DNA of 64,000 bases from an uncultured virus (IMG/VR IMGVR_UViG_3300046718_000884) (IMGVR_UViG_3300046718_000884), one strand, 5' to 3'. Shown: positions 53,415 through 61,833, numbered from the stretch's first letter. The notes: generated by a model not told the origin, from the sequence alone. Numbers and translations: made by a program.

Positions 53415-56035
53415 GCGGCCACGCTCCGCTTGGTGGCAGGTAGATGCACGCCATACAGAGCCACGCGGTCACGCGGTATGAACGGATCAGGCGCGATCCC
53501 TCCCTGGCCGGCGATGCGCGCCACGGCGTGGTGGATGAACTGCTGATCGCCGTCCGCTATGACACCACCCTGGCCGGCCAGCCGCGTGCGCGCGTGCAGC
53601 TCGCTATGGGCCTGCAGCCGCACCCGACCGGCCCCGGCGATCCTGGCCGCCGCCGGCAGCGCGACGCCCGGATGCGCCCTGAGCGCCGCCCGACCATTGA
53701 TCCTGGCGCCGCCGGAGGTCACCCATCTGCCGGATGGCCGCACGCCGCCGGCACCAACGATGCGCGCCGCGACATGCCACGGCGCCTTGATAGCGACCCC
53801 TTGCACGTGACCGGCCCCGGCGATCCAGGCCCGCACGCGCGCCAGGAGGCGGCTGGACGCCCGTATGCCGCCGGCCCCTGCGATGACAGCGTGGGCTTGG
53901 CGCGCGGCCCCAGGCGCGGCGCGTAGCCCGCCGGTGCCATGAATTATCGCACTCGCTACCCAGGTCGTGCGCTTCTGGCCGGCAGCGCGCACCGCGCCCG
54001 CGCCGTGAATGGCGGCAGATCCCGCCCAGTGTATGCGCGGTTGGCCGGAGGCACGCACCGCACCGGTGCCGTGGATGGCGGCAGACGCTGCCCAGGTCGT
54101 GCGTTTCTGGCCGGAGGCACGCAACCCGCCGGTGCCGTGGATGGCGGCAGATCCCGCCCAGTGTATGCGTGGTTGGCCGGAGGCGCGCACCCCGCCGGTG
54201 CCGTGGATGGCCGCCGCCGTGTGCAGCACCGCCCTGCCGATCGCGCGGACCGCACCGGTGCCGTGCAGCGCCGCCGTCACCTGTTTCGGCACGCCCCGCA
54301 CCAGGGCGATCGCGCGGACCGCGCCCGTGCCGCCGAGCAGCGCGGCAGCGTGCTGGGCAAACTTGACGATGGCGGTTGGCCGCACCGCGCCGGTCCCGGC
54401 GATATGGGCCGCCGCTGCCAGCTCCCGCGTGGTGGTGGCGCGTGCCGTGCCGGCCCCGGCGATCCGCGCTGCCGCCGGCTGGGTCACCTTGTTCGGCGCG
54501 TTGGAGGCGCGCAGCCCGCCGGCCCCAGCGATCACCGCCGTCGCGTGGTAGGCGCCCCGGAAGATGCCGTCCGCCCGCACCGCGCCGGTGCCATGGATGG
54601 TGGCGGTGAGGTGATAGGTCTGGTGGACCTGCGTGGCGGCGGCACGCAGCCCGCCGGCGCCGTGGATGATCGCCGCCGCGCCGCGCGCGATCGTCGGATT
54701 GGCGGTCAGCCGACCGACCCCGGCGACGGCGCCGCCGGTGTGGTGGAACGAGTCGATGTCGGCTTCGACATAGCCGCCGGCATCGATCTGTGCCCGCGCC
54801 CAGGCCAGCGGCGTGATCGTGGCGCGCAGTGCGCCGACCCCGACGATGCGCGCCTGGGTCCGCGCCAGCACCCAGGCCGAGACGGCGAAGCCACCCCGGC
54901 CACCGAGCACCGCGACCGGCTGATAGGTACGCGCACGCACCCCACCGGTGCCGGCGATGCGGGCCGCCGCGCTCTTGAGCGAGGCACCCGCCGAGGCGCG
55001 CAGCCCACCCGTGCCGGCGATCGCGGCCCGCGCCGCGCGCAGCACCCGCGTGTCCGCCACGCGGCCACCGAGGCCGGCGAACTTGGCGCTGGCCGGTCGC
55101 AGCGCCACCGCCGCCGCGTAGACGCTGCCGAGGCCGCCGAGCCGCGTGTTGGAAACCGGCACCCGCCCCGAGGCGTTCGCCGTGGCCGAACCGGTGCCCG
55201 GGATCAGCGCCGAGGCCGGCAGACGCACGTTGAGCAGCGGGGTGATCTTGCCTTCGCCGGCGATCAGCGTCCCGCCATAGGCCTGCCCTGGCACGGCAGC
55301 GGTGGCGCGCAGCGAGGTCGCGCCATCGATCTCGGCCTGCGCCAGCACTTGGCCGCGCGTTGCGGCGCGCACGCCGCCGGTGCCGTTTATCTGCGCCGCC
55401 ACCGGCACCAGCGCGCTGCCACCCGCCAGCAAAGGACGCGTGGTGATCTGCGGCGATCCCAGCGGGGGCAGGATCAGCGGCGTGCGGAACAGGCCGCGCT
55501 CCAACTGAAAGCCACCCAGCCGCAAGGTGATGTTGACGTCACCGGCCCGGACAAACACCGAGAAGTAACAAAGCCCAATGCTGGTGCCACCGGCGCCGAC
55601 GGTGCCCGAGCCGCTGTAGAGCACCAGCGGATGGCCGGGCGGCGCGACGTTGAGTGTGATGTTCCCGGTGGTAATGGTGACGTTATAGGCGATTTGCCCG
55701 ATATTAGTTAGATCACCATCGGGCATGCCAATATAGGCTGTGGCGGTAAAAGTATCGCCATGGGCTACGATATTATAGCTGCTCGGCTCGACGTAGATAA
55801 ACAGGTTTCCGTCACTGAAGATCGTGCCGAAATACTGGATGTCGACGTAGGCTATGCCGCTCGCCGCGTCGGTGCCGACGCCGACCACCTGTTGCGAGAG
55901 GCCCGGCAGCAGCGGACTGGACCAGAAGGTCGGCATACTGCCGCCGACCACCGCGCCGTCACCCCGGGGATTGCGTATCCAGTTGGTCTTGCCCCCGCGT
56001 CCTGAGATCAGGGCTTGGGCGTCGACGGTCGCCAT
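53411..56035 (-). CDS. basic Ala/Gly-rich repeat protein with N-terminal carbohydrate-binding-like module (putative fibre)
   Basis: NWIRNPRGDGAVVG...QLERG N-domain; many A.I.G.G.(V/L)RA repeats. Confidence 0.7.
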   Translation of the reverse strand: MATVDAQALISGRGGKTNWIRNPRGDGAVVGGSMPTFWSSPLLPGLSQQVVGVGTDAASGIAYVDIQYFGTIFSDGNLFIYVEPSSYNIVAHGDTFTATAYIGMPDGDLTNIGQIAYNVTITTGNITLNVAPPGHPLVLYSGSGTVGAGGTSIGLCYFSVFVRAGDVNITLRLGGFQLERGLFRTPLILPPLGSPQITTRPLLAGGSALVPVAAQINGTGGVRAATRGQVLAQAEIDGATSLRATAAVPGQAYGGTLIAGEGKITPLLNVRLPASALIPGTGSATANASGRVPVSNTRLGGLGSVYAAAVALRPASAKFAGLGGRVADTRVLRAARAAIAGTGGLRASAGASLKSAAARIAGTGGVRARTYQPVAVLGGRGGFAVSAWVLARTQARIVGVGALRATITPLAWARAQIDAGGYVEADIDSFHHTGGAVAGVGRLTANPTIARGAAAIIHGAGGLRAAATQVHQTYHLTATIHGTGAVRADGIFRGAYHATAVIAGAGGLRASNAPNKVTQPAAARIAGAGTARATTTRELAAAAHIAGTGAVRPTAIVKFAQHAAALLGGTGAVRAIALVRGVPKQVTAALHGTGAVRAIGRAVLHTAAAIHGTGGVRASGQPRIHWAGSAAIHGTGGLRASGQKRTTWAASAAIHGTGAVRASGQPRIHWAGSAAIHGAGAVRAAGQKRTTWVASAIIHGTGGLRAAPGAARQAHAVIAGAGGIRASSRLLARVRAWIAGAGHVQGVAIKAPWHVAARIVGAGGVRPSGRWVTSGGARINGRAALRAHPGVALPAAARIAGAGRVRLQAHSELHARTRLAGQGGVIADGDQQFIHHAVARIAGQGGIAPDPFIPRDRVALYGVHLPATKRSVAA
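53931..54210. repeat. near-identical 66-bp tandem units (alternating, 132-bp period) in coding sequence
   Basis: Encodes WAGSAAIHG.G..RA.GQKRTT / WA.SAAIHGTG.VRASGQPRIH. Confidence 0.8.
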
Positions 56036-56056
56036 GTCTCAGCGACCGGGTGGTGG

Positions 56057-56452
56057 CTAGGCCAAGGTGATGATCAGCGCGCCGGGCGAAAATACGAGGC
56101 TGTCGCCGGCGTTCAGCGCGCGCGCCGTGGTCAGCGTGCCATACCAAAGCATATTGCCACCCGCCGGCGCGGCGGTGTCCCAGACCTGTAGCCCACTGAT
56201 CGTCGCCGAGGAAAGGATCGGCCCGAAGGTCATGGCGTTGGTGTTGCTGGCGCTGCCGGCGGGCGAAGCGGCGGCGGCCATCTGCAGCGTCTGACGCGTC
56301 ATGCCGGAGCCGGTGGCGATCTCAGATCCCGACACCGACGACGGGATGCCCAGCGACAGGCCGATGCTCCACGCCACCGGGCGCGTCGCCGGCTGGGCAT
56401 TGAGGGAGAAGTCCAGCATGCTCTTCTGTAGATACGCTCCGATTCCGGCCAT
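56057..56452 (-). CDS. small fibre-associated structural protein
   Basis: YL...LD...RQ...SNT..MTF...WD...GGNML.YG.L...R....GD...F..GAL.ITL pattern common in phage fibre modules. Confidence 0.65.
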   Translation of the reverse strand: MAGIGAYLQKSMLDFSLNAQPATRPVAWSIGLSLGIPSSVSGSEIATGSGMTRQTLQMAAAASPAGSASNTNAMTFGPILSSATISGLQVWDTAAPAGGNMLWYGTLTTARALNAGDSLVFSPGALIITLA

Positions 56453-57485
56453 CTCTTTGCTCCTCCAAAGCGGCCTTGGCCGCGATTAACACGTCCTCAT
56501 GGCCGATATCGGCGATGCACGCGGCGGCTTCCGCGTTCTCGGCTTTCCTGCATGTTTCGATCGTGTCATGAAGCTGATGACACGGCCAGCAATCGACGTG
56601 CTTCGGATCAGCGCGCAAGGTCGTCGTGTTGCGCCAGTGCTTGGTGATGTTCTCCGGCGAGGCGTGGCTCAGCAGCATGATCTTCGGCAGCGCTTCCATC
56701 GCCACGCCCCAGGCCAGCCCGGTGTCGGGGGTGATCACCAGATCGCAGTGCTGCAAGGTCGCGAGCGATCGGCGGATCGGCCAGGACGGATGCTCCGGAT
56801 CGGTCGACAGCGCCGCGTGCATGCCGTCGGGGCCGCCGTTGAACTCAAGGCAGAAGTCCTGCACCCGCTTGGCGATCTTGGCCTCGCTGTCGCCGCCGAA
56901 CATCACCACCGCGACGCGCAGCTCGCGCACCAGTTTGGCGACCAGCAGCGGCAGATACGGCCACATCTTGTCGAGGCGCGAGCCGGCCAGGACGATGCCA
57001 ACGACGTGGCGATAGCCGCCGGCGCCCCGCACATGCGCCAGGGTCTTCGCCGCGCGATCCTGTTCCTCGTCGGTCGGGTAGAAGCGCGGGTTGAACTCGT
57101 GGCGCACGCCGACGATGTCGTGGACGAACTCCAGATAGTTCACGCCGCAATACTTGCGCCGCCATGCCGCCGGCCAATTGAACTGCGTCTGTCCCGGCAG
57201 CAGCGCCAGCATACCTTCGCAAGAATGCGATAAATTAAACCACTTGTCGTATTCGCGGCCCCGGTGGGCGAACCACGCCTGCCAGTGATTGCCGTCCGCC
57301 GGCAGATCGCCCGGCGCGCGCACGGTCAGCTTGGAAATGTAAGGGTTGCCCTCAAAAATCACATGCTGTGGCCGCTGCGCCATCACCTCGACGTGGTGGG
57401 TCTCGGCCAGCAGCGGCAGCACGGAAGACGCGATCAGGTTATCGCCGATGCCTCCCAGCCGAGCCAGCAGGCACCAGGGCTTCAC
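56322..57485 (-). CDS. glycosyltransferase family 9-like (heptosyltransferase fold)
   Basis: RLGGIGDNL, GNPYI, KMWPY, CDLVITPDTGLAWGVA, C.PC. Confidence 0.8.
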   Translation of the reverse strand: MKPWCLLARLGGIGDNLIASSVLPLLAETHHVEVMAQRPQHVIFEGNPYISKLTVRAPGDLPADGNHWQAWFAHRGREYDKWFNLSHSCEGMLALLPGQTQFNWPAAWRRKYCGVNYLEFVHDIVGVRHEFNPRFYPTDEEQDRAAKTLAHVRGAGGYRHVVGIVLAGSRLDKMWPYLPLLVAKLVRELRVAVVMFGGDSEAKIAKRVQDFCLEFNGGPDGMHAALSTDPEHPSWPIRRSLATLQHCDLVITPDTGLAWGVAMEALPKIMLLSHASPENITKHWRNTTTLRADPKHVDCWPCHQLHDTIETCRKAENAEAAACIADIGHEDVLIAAKAALEEQRDGRNRSVSTEEHAGLLPQCPAGDAPGGVEHRPVAGHPVVGVGI

Positions 57486-57670
57486 TCCGGCTTATGCACG
57501 ACGTGACGGATCTTTCCGGTGGGCAGCTCGACGGAAAATGGTGGTGGCCCGAGACCGGCCAGCAGCATGGGGGTCTTGGGTAAGAGATGCCACACCCCAT
57601 CATCGGTAATATGCCCCCACGGTAATCCGTCGTCAAAGTCCTCAAAGCCGACCTTCGCATCGCTCGCCAT
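57482..57670 (-). CDS. small hypothetical protein
   Basis: GAGGAGG SD; GTGA overlap with GT gene. Confidence 0.55.
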   Translation of the reverse strand: MASDAKVGFEDFDDGLPWGHITDDGVWHLLPKTPMLLAGLGPPPFSVELPTGKIRHVVHKPE

Positions 57671-57681
57671 CACGCGCCTCC

Positions 57682-58293
57682 TCAATGGGTTGCCAATTTG
57701 CGCGCGACCTCGCGCGCGGTGCCAACCGCGACGTTCTCATTGGACACATCGGTCGGCTGTTCCCACGCCAGATATATCACGCCCAGGAACGATTCGGGGT
57801 TCGGCGGGATCGGTATGCCGCACCCGCGCCGCATGCCACGTTCCGCCAATCGGCGCGCGACGGGGGTTCCCTCCGGCGTCAGGTCGACGCATACCGGACG
57901 TCCGTCGAGCACCTCCACCAGCTTTCTCACGTCCGAGGTGTGGTCGATGATCGGCAGGCGCCTGGGCGATGGAATGACGGGCCGCTCGCCGTTGTGGCGG
58001 CGGGCGCCGAGAAACCATTGTGAGTTGGAAGACAAATCGACCTGCCAGATCTGCACAAGGTCCGCATTGGTCTCTATTGCCAGTTTCTCCAGCGCCTCCG
58101 GCACATCGCTCACGCGCAGTTCCGGCGATGTGGGCGTGAGCCACGCTTCGAATAGTTCGTCGCGTTTGTCGTAGATCAGCGCGCCGATGCCGGCCAGCAC
58201 AAGCAGTCCGGCAAGGGCGAACGCTTTCCACGGGCGATCGATGAACCGCAAGACGCGGTCAAGTAACCCGGCCACTCCCCGGTGATCGCCCAT
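57682..58293 (-). CDS. single-TM protein with GAF-like soluble domain (T4 T-type holin candidate)
   Basis: N-terminal amphipathic helix, one TM, then ADLVQIWQV...C...GC.IPIPP...FLGVIYLAW. Confidence 0.5.
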   Translation of the reverse strand: MGDHRGVAGLLDRVLRFIDRPWKAFALAGLLVLAGIGALIYDKRDELFEAWLTPTSPELRVSDVPEALEKLAIETNADLVQIWQVDLSSNSQWFLGARRHNGERPVIPSPRRLPIIDHTSDVRKLVEVLDGRPVCVDLTPEGTPVARRLAERGMRRGCGIPIPPNPESFLGVIYLAWEQPTDVSNENVAVGTAREVARKLATH

Positions 58294-58315
58294 CGCCGGG
58301 ATGCCCGGGACGTAG

Positions 58316-58471
58316 TTACTCGCCAGCCCTCCCGTCGATCACCACCTCGCCCGGGCCGATGACGTGGACGCGGCCCTGGGCTGCCTCCCGCTTCGGCTCT
58401 TCGGGCTGCGGCGTCGGCGCCGGCGTCGGTGCCGGCTGCTCGGGTTTCGGCTGCTCTGGTTGGTCGGACAT
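58316..58471 (-). CDS. small Pro/Glu-rich protein
   Basis: GAGGAG SD; MSDQPEQPKPEQPAPTP...VHVIGPGEVVIDG. Confidence 0.5.
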   Translation of the reverse strand: MSDQPEQPKPEQPAPTPAPTPQPEEPKREAAQGRVHVIGPGEVVIDGRAGE

Positions 58472-58499
58472 CACGGCTGTCTCCTCAGGTTGCGGCGGA

Positions 58500-58673
58500 T
58501 CACCACCATCCCATGCGCGGTCCGCCAAACGCGCCCAGGAGTAGCAGAACGACGATGATCACCAGCACCAGCATCAGCGGGCTGCCGTAGCCCGGGCCGA
58601 AATAGCCGGTGCGGTAACCGTAGCCGCCACCGAACAGCAGGAAGATGACGAGGATGATCAAAATCAAAGTCAT
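58500..58673 (-). CDS. small two-TM membrane protein (DUF3309-like)
   Basis: MTLILIILVIFLLFGGGYGY...GYGSPLMLVLVIIVVLLLLG; GGAGG SD. Confidence 0.65.
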   Translation of the reverse strand: MTLILIILVIFLLFGGGYGYRTGYFGPGYGSPLMLVLVIIVVLLLLGAFGGPRMGWW

Positions 58674-58765
58674 TGTAGCCTCCCGAAGGTGACGTGCTAC
58701 AGTCGAGACGCGGCGTCCTTGCCGGGGCGCCGCGCCTCTGACCACCCGATCTGTGGAGAGATCGC

Positions 58766-59305
58766 ATGGCTGTCCCCAGACGTATCATGCCAACGCGTCG
58801 CCGACTGCTGCGGCTGTTCGCCTATGACCCGGCGACGGGTGATCTGATCTGGCGCGAGCGCCCGGCGTCGGATTTCGTCAGCGCCGGGGAGGCGAAGAGA
58901 TGGAACGGTCGCTATGCAGGCAAGGTCGCGGGATCACAGGGGGATTTTGGCTGCTTGGTTACGATTGATGGTGTGAGCTATAAGGCACATCGGATTATCT
59001 GGCGTCTGCTCAATCATGGTCTTGTCCCCGACATAATCGATCACCGAGATTTGGACAGGCTAAACAATCGGCCCGACAATATCCGTCCCGCAACGCATTC
59101 TCAGAATGAGGCCAACAGAAAGTTACGTCGCAACAACACATCTGGATACAAGGGTGTTTACAAGCACGGGAATAAGTTTGGGGTGAAGATCAGATACAAT
59201 AGATCAGTTCGCTTTCTTGGATACTTCGACACCGCAGAGGCTGCGTCAGAAGTATATCAGACGGAGGCAGTGCGCTTGCACGGCGAGTTCGCTAGGTATG
59301 AGTGA
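58766..59305 (+). mobile_element. free-standing HNH-AP2 homing endonuclease gene
   Basis: YDPATG.L.W, YKAHRIIW, IDHRDLDRLNNRPDNIR.AT..QN, NNTSGYKGV, LGYFDT.E.A...LHGEFA; opposite strand, lower GC. Confidence 0.88.
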
Positions 59306-59306
59306 A

Positions 59307-60116
59307 TTATTCGAAACCCTCCAATATGATCCTGCTTGTGCATCTGCAGTTAATTTCGAAACCTGGGTGCGTCCATCGGCCCTCTAAATATGCACCGTCC
59401 GCCACGATGTAAATCGGACCCTTTGCACCAGGGCTGTGCTCGCCGCGACTGAAGCTCAAGTGCTCGGGCCTGAAGTGTCCAGGCGCGGTCACGTTCGAAT
59501 GCATCCACCGCGCCCTCTTGATCCCAGCCTGCATTTGGCGCGCCCGGGTGATAGCGCTACCCATCTTGCTATTCTGATCCCGGGCGATGAAGGCGGCGCG
59601 CTTGAGCGGCACGTCGAACTGCTCGTGCAGCTCGCGCGTCATGGTGCGCAGATCCGAGCCTTTCTGCACGTTGCGCATCACGATGCCCTCGACGCGCTGG
59701 AGGTGTTCGGCGGCGATCGAGCGGATCAGCCCGACATTCTCCTGCACCGCGCTGTCCATGATCGCCTGCACCTGGGGCGAGACCTTGAACTCGACGGTCC
59801 AGCCGGCGTCATCGAGTAGTTGCTTGATGCGGTTGGTGGTGTGCTTCTCAGCCCTGCCGCCCCACTGGCCGGCGACGTCGGGCGCCAGTTCATCGAAGTG
59901 CGACTGCCAGCGGTGGCCAAGCTCCTTCATCGTCGCCAGCACCCGCCCGGCGGCCACCGGGTCTTCCTCCCACCGCACGCCGAGCCAGTAGTCGAGCGAG
60001 TTGTTCATCCGGTCGACCGACTTGGTCAGCTTGCTGCGGTAGACCGCCGCGACCCCGGCGCTGGGGACGATCGGCGGCAGCACTTTCTTCTGGTCCTGCG
60101 GCGGCTGCTGCGCCAT
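59307..60116 (-). CDS. head morphogenesis protein (SPP1 gp7/Mu gpF family)
   Basis: ENVGLIRSI...RAAFIARDQ..K...W.HS...RPEH...PGFEINCRC. Confidence 0.85.
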   Translation of the reverse strand: MAQQPPQDQKKVLPPIVPSAGVAAVYRSKLTKSVDRMNNSLDYWLGVRWEEDPVAAGRVLATMKELGHRWQSHFDELAPDVAGQWGGRAEKHTTNRIKQLLDDAGWTVEFKVSPQVQAIMDSAVQENVGLIRSIAAEHLQRVEGIVMRNVQKGSDLRTMTRELHEQFDVPLKRAAFIARDQNSKMGSAITRARQMQAGIKRARWMHSNVTAPGHFRPEHLSFSRGEHSPGAKGPIYIVADGAYLEGRWTHPGFEINCRCTSRIILEGFE

Positions 60117-60134
60117 GGCGCCCCCAAAGAATTA

Positions 60135-60167
60135 TCTTGACATCATGGGTCAAGACCATTATTTAAT
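60135..60167 (+). promoter_or_regulatory. sigma70-type promoter/operator P1
   Basis: TCTTGAC-ATCATGG-GTCAAGA (60135-60155); TTGACA-N17-TATTTA. Confidence 0.75.
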
Positions 60168-60204
60168 ACGGGTAACCCCCTCCCAACCCCGAAAGGAGTT
60201 CCCC

Positions 60205-60459
60205 GTGACCTTCGACCCCGACAGCCTGCTCGGCGGCTACACCCAGGCCGAGCTTGAGGCAGCGTTCGCGCTGGTGGCGCCCAAGGATAACTGGAAGCTG
60301 CCGATCAACGCGAAGCTGCCCGGCAAGACCACGCCGAGGGAGATCGACAAGATCGCGTTCGCGATCGGCTTCTTCACCGGCGGCGTGGCCACGTTCACCT
60401 TCGATGGCATCAGCTACGCCGTGACCGCGCCCGGCTACTACGCCGCTGTGGGGGCCTGA
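60205..60459 (+). CDS. small early-type phage protein
   Basis: AAGGAG SD, GTG start; NWKLPI...F.TG...APGYYA. Confidence 0.7.
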   Translation: MTFDPDSLLGGYTQAELEAAFALVAPKDNWKLPINAKLPGKTTPREIDKIAFAIGFFTGGVATFTFDGISYAVTAPGYYAAVGA

Positions 60460-60461
60460 CC

Positions 60462-60587
60462 ATGGTCAAGATCGTATTCAACAAACTGCTCGGCGGCTGG
60501 CTCGTGGTGCGCGGTCCGCACCACACGCCGCTGTCCGGCGTATTCCCCACCAAGGCTGCCGCCAAGGCATCGCTCGTCCGTAAATAA
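60462..60587 (+). CDS. small early-type phage protein (41 aa, below track cutoff)
   Basis: MVKIVFNKLLGGWLVVRGPHHTPLSGVFPTKAAAKASLVRK. Confidence 0.6.
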   Translation: MVKIVFNKLLGGWLVVRGPHHTPLSGVFPTKAAAKASLVRK

Positions 60588-60618
60588 TCTTGACTGCCCA
60601 GGTCAACATACATAAATG
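60588..60618 (+). promoter_or_regulatory. promoter/operator P2 (divergent copy)
   Basis: TCTTGAC-TGCCCAG-GTCAACA (60588-60608); TTGACT-N17-TAAATG. Confidence 0.6.
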
Positions 60619-60625
60619 TGGCGGC

Positions 60626-61144
60626 ATGGCAGATTACATCCACTACGTGGCCGTCAGCGGCGATTATGCGTTCTTCGGCCTGTCCGAGGACCCGGTCGCT
60701 GACGTGGCCACCATGCAGCGCGGCTCGCCCGTCCCGATCGATCTGGTCGCGGCCTGGGTGGTGCCGCCGGCGGAGCGTGCCGGCCTGAAGGACCGGCTCG
60801 ATCGCAAATTCCGCCGCGCCCCGCATCGCGGCTACTGGGTCAAGGTGCCGGAGGACGAGGCGGTCGGCACGCTGCAGATGTTCGCCGCCTACCTGGGCGG
60901 CAAGCGCAAGAAGCTACGCATGCGACGCAGCCCCGAGGAGGCGCCGCAACCGATGCGCGCCAGGGCTGTGGTGACGCCACGCGGGCGCTACCCCACCGCC
61001 AAGGCGGCGGCAGAGGCCCACGGCATCAGCCGTCAGGCGGCCTGGGAGCGGGCCAATCGGCAGTCCCCCGGCTGGCGGTTCGAAGACGAGGATCGCCCAC
61101 CGCCGGTGCGCGCTCGCCCTGGCCGGCCATCGAAGGTCGCTTAA
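60626..61144 (+). CDS. putative DNA-binding protein (degenerate T5orf172/GIY-YIG-like N-domain + HTH)
   Basis: FGLSEDP..DVATMQRGSP..I.L; VTPRGRYPTAKAAAEAHGISRQAAWER. Confidence 0.55.
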   Translation: MADYIHYVAVSGDYAFFGLSEDPVADVATMQRGSPVPIDLVAAWVVPPAERAGLKDRLDRKFRRAPHRGYWVKVPEDEAVGTLQMFAAYLGGKRKKLRMRRSPEEAPQPMRARAVVTPRGRYPTAKAAAEAHGISRQAAWERANRQSPGWRFEDEDRPPPVRARPGRPSKVA

Positions 61145-61149
61145 AACCC

Positions 61150-61180
61150 TCTTGACATCTTAGGTCAAGTGTGTTAAGAT
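61150..61180 (+). promoter_or_regulatory. promoter/operator P3
   Basis: TCTTGAC-ATCTTAG-GTCAAGT (61150-61170); TTGACA-N17-TAAGAT. Confidence 0.8.
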
Positions 61181-61243
61181 GGCTTCGCCGCCGGGAGGTG
61201 GATCTCCCGACGGCGAATGTTTGGTTCTTTGAGGAAGGTGAAG

Positions 61244-61726
61244 ATGAAGATAATCAACGGCAAGCCCGTTTGCAACCCCGTGCGCGCGATCAAGCTGCGC
61301 GACGTGGACCACCCGAAAACCGGCGGCAACCGCTACTGCGGCCCGGCGGTCATCTCGGCGCTGACCGGGCTGGACACCGGCGAGACAGCGGCGCTGCTGC
61401 GCCACGTCACTGGCAAGCGCTCGATCAAGGGCACCAGCCACTGGTCGGTGCGCCGGGCGCTGGCGCTCTGCGGTATCGACACGCTGCCAAACGCGCGGGG
61501 CGACTTCCGCCCGACCCTGGCGCGCTGGCACCGCTGGGCACGTGAGGCCGGCCTGTTCGCCGATGACGCGGTCTGGCTGCTCGTCGCCGGCAACCACTGG
61601 CAGGCGGTCACCGCCCGCCGCTACGTGTGCGGCAGGATCGGCGAGATCGTGTCGATCCGCGACGAGCGGGTGAAGCGGCGCGCCAGGGTGGACGCCGCCT
61701 ACCGGGTGACGCTGCTCCCGGCGTGA
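61244..61726 (+). CDS. papain/C39-like cysteine peptidase-fold protein
   Basis: YCGPAVISAL and LVAGNHWQAV; GAGGAAGG SD. Confidence 0.55.
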   Translation: MKIINGKPVCNPVRAIKLRDVDHPKTGGNRYCGPAVISALTGLDTGETAALLRHVTGKRSIKGTSHWSVRRALALCGIDTLPNARGDFRPTLARWHRWAREAGLFADDAVWLLVAGNHWQAVTARRYVCGRIGEIVSIRDERVKRRARVDAAYRVTLLPA

Positions 61727-61732
61727 CGGCAT

Positions 61733-61765
61733 GGGGCGATCCTTCGGGGTCGCCCCTTTTCTTTT
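61733..61765 (+). terminator. rho-independent terminator
   Basis: GGGGCGATCC-TTCG-GGGTCGCCCC followed by TTTTCTTTT. Confidence 0.88.
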
Positions 61766-61775
61766 GGAGAAACTC

Positions 61776-61806
61776 TCTTGACATCTTTTGTCAAGATGAT
61801 TATATC
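61776..61806 (+). promoter_or_regulatory. promoter/operator P4
   Basis: TCTTGAC-ATCTTTT-GTCAAGA (61776-61796); TTGACA-N17-TATATC. Confidence 0.82.
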
Positions 61807-61833
61807 TCCTGAAGACAACGGAAGACCCCACCA

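Noticed and set aside
24647..56068. Long + strand ORFs opposite the virion genes (e.g. 33330-35405, 39984-41264, 53939-55711)
   Set aside because: Antisense shadows expected in GC-rich coding DNA; no recognisable motifs, and the minus-strand genes have clear families.
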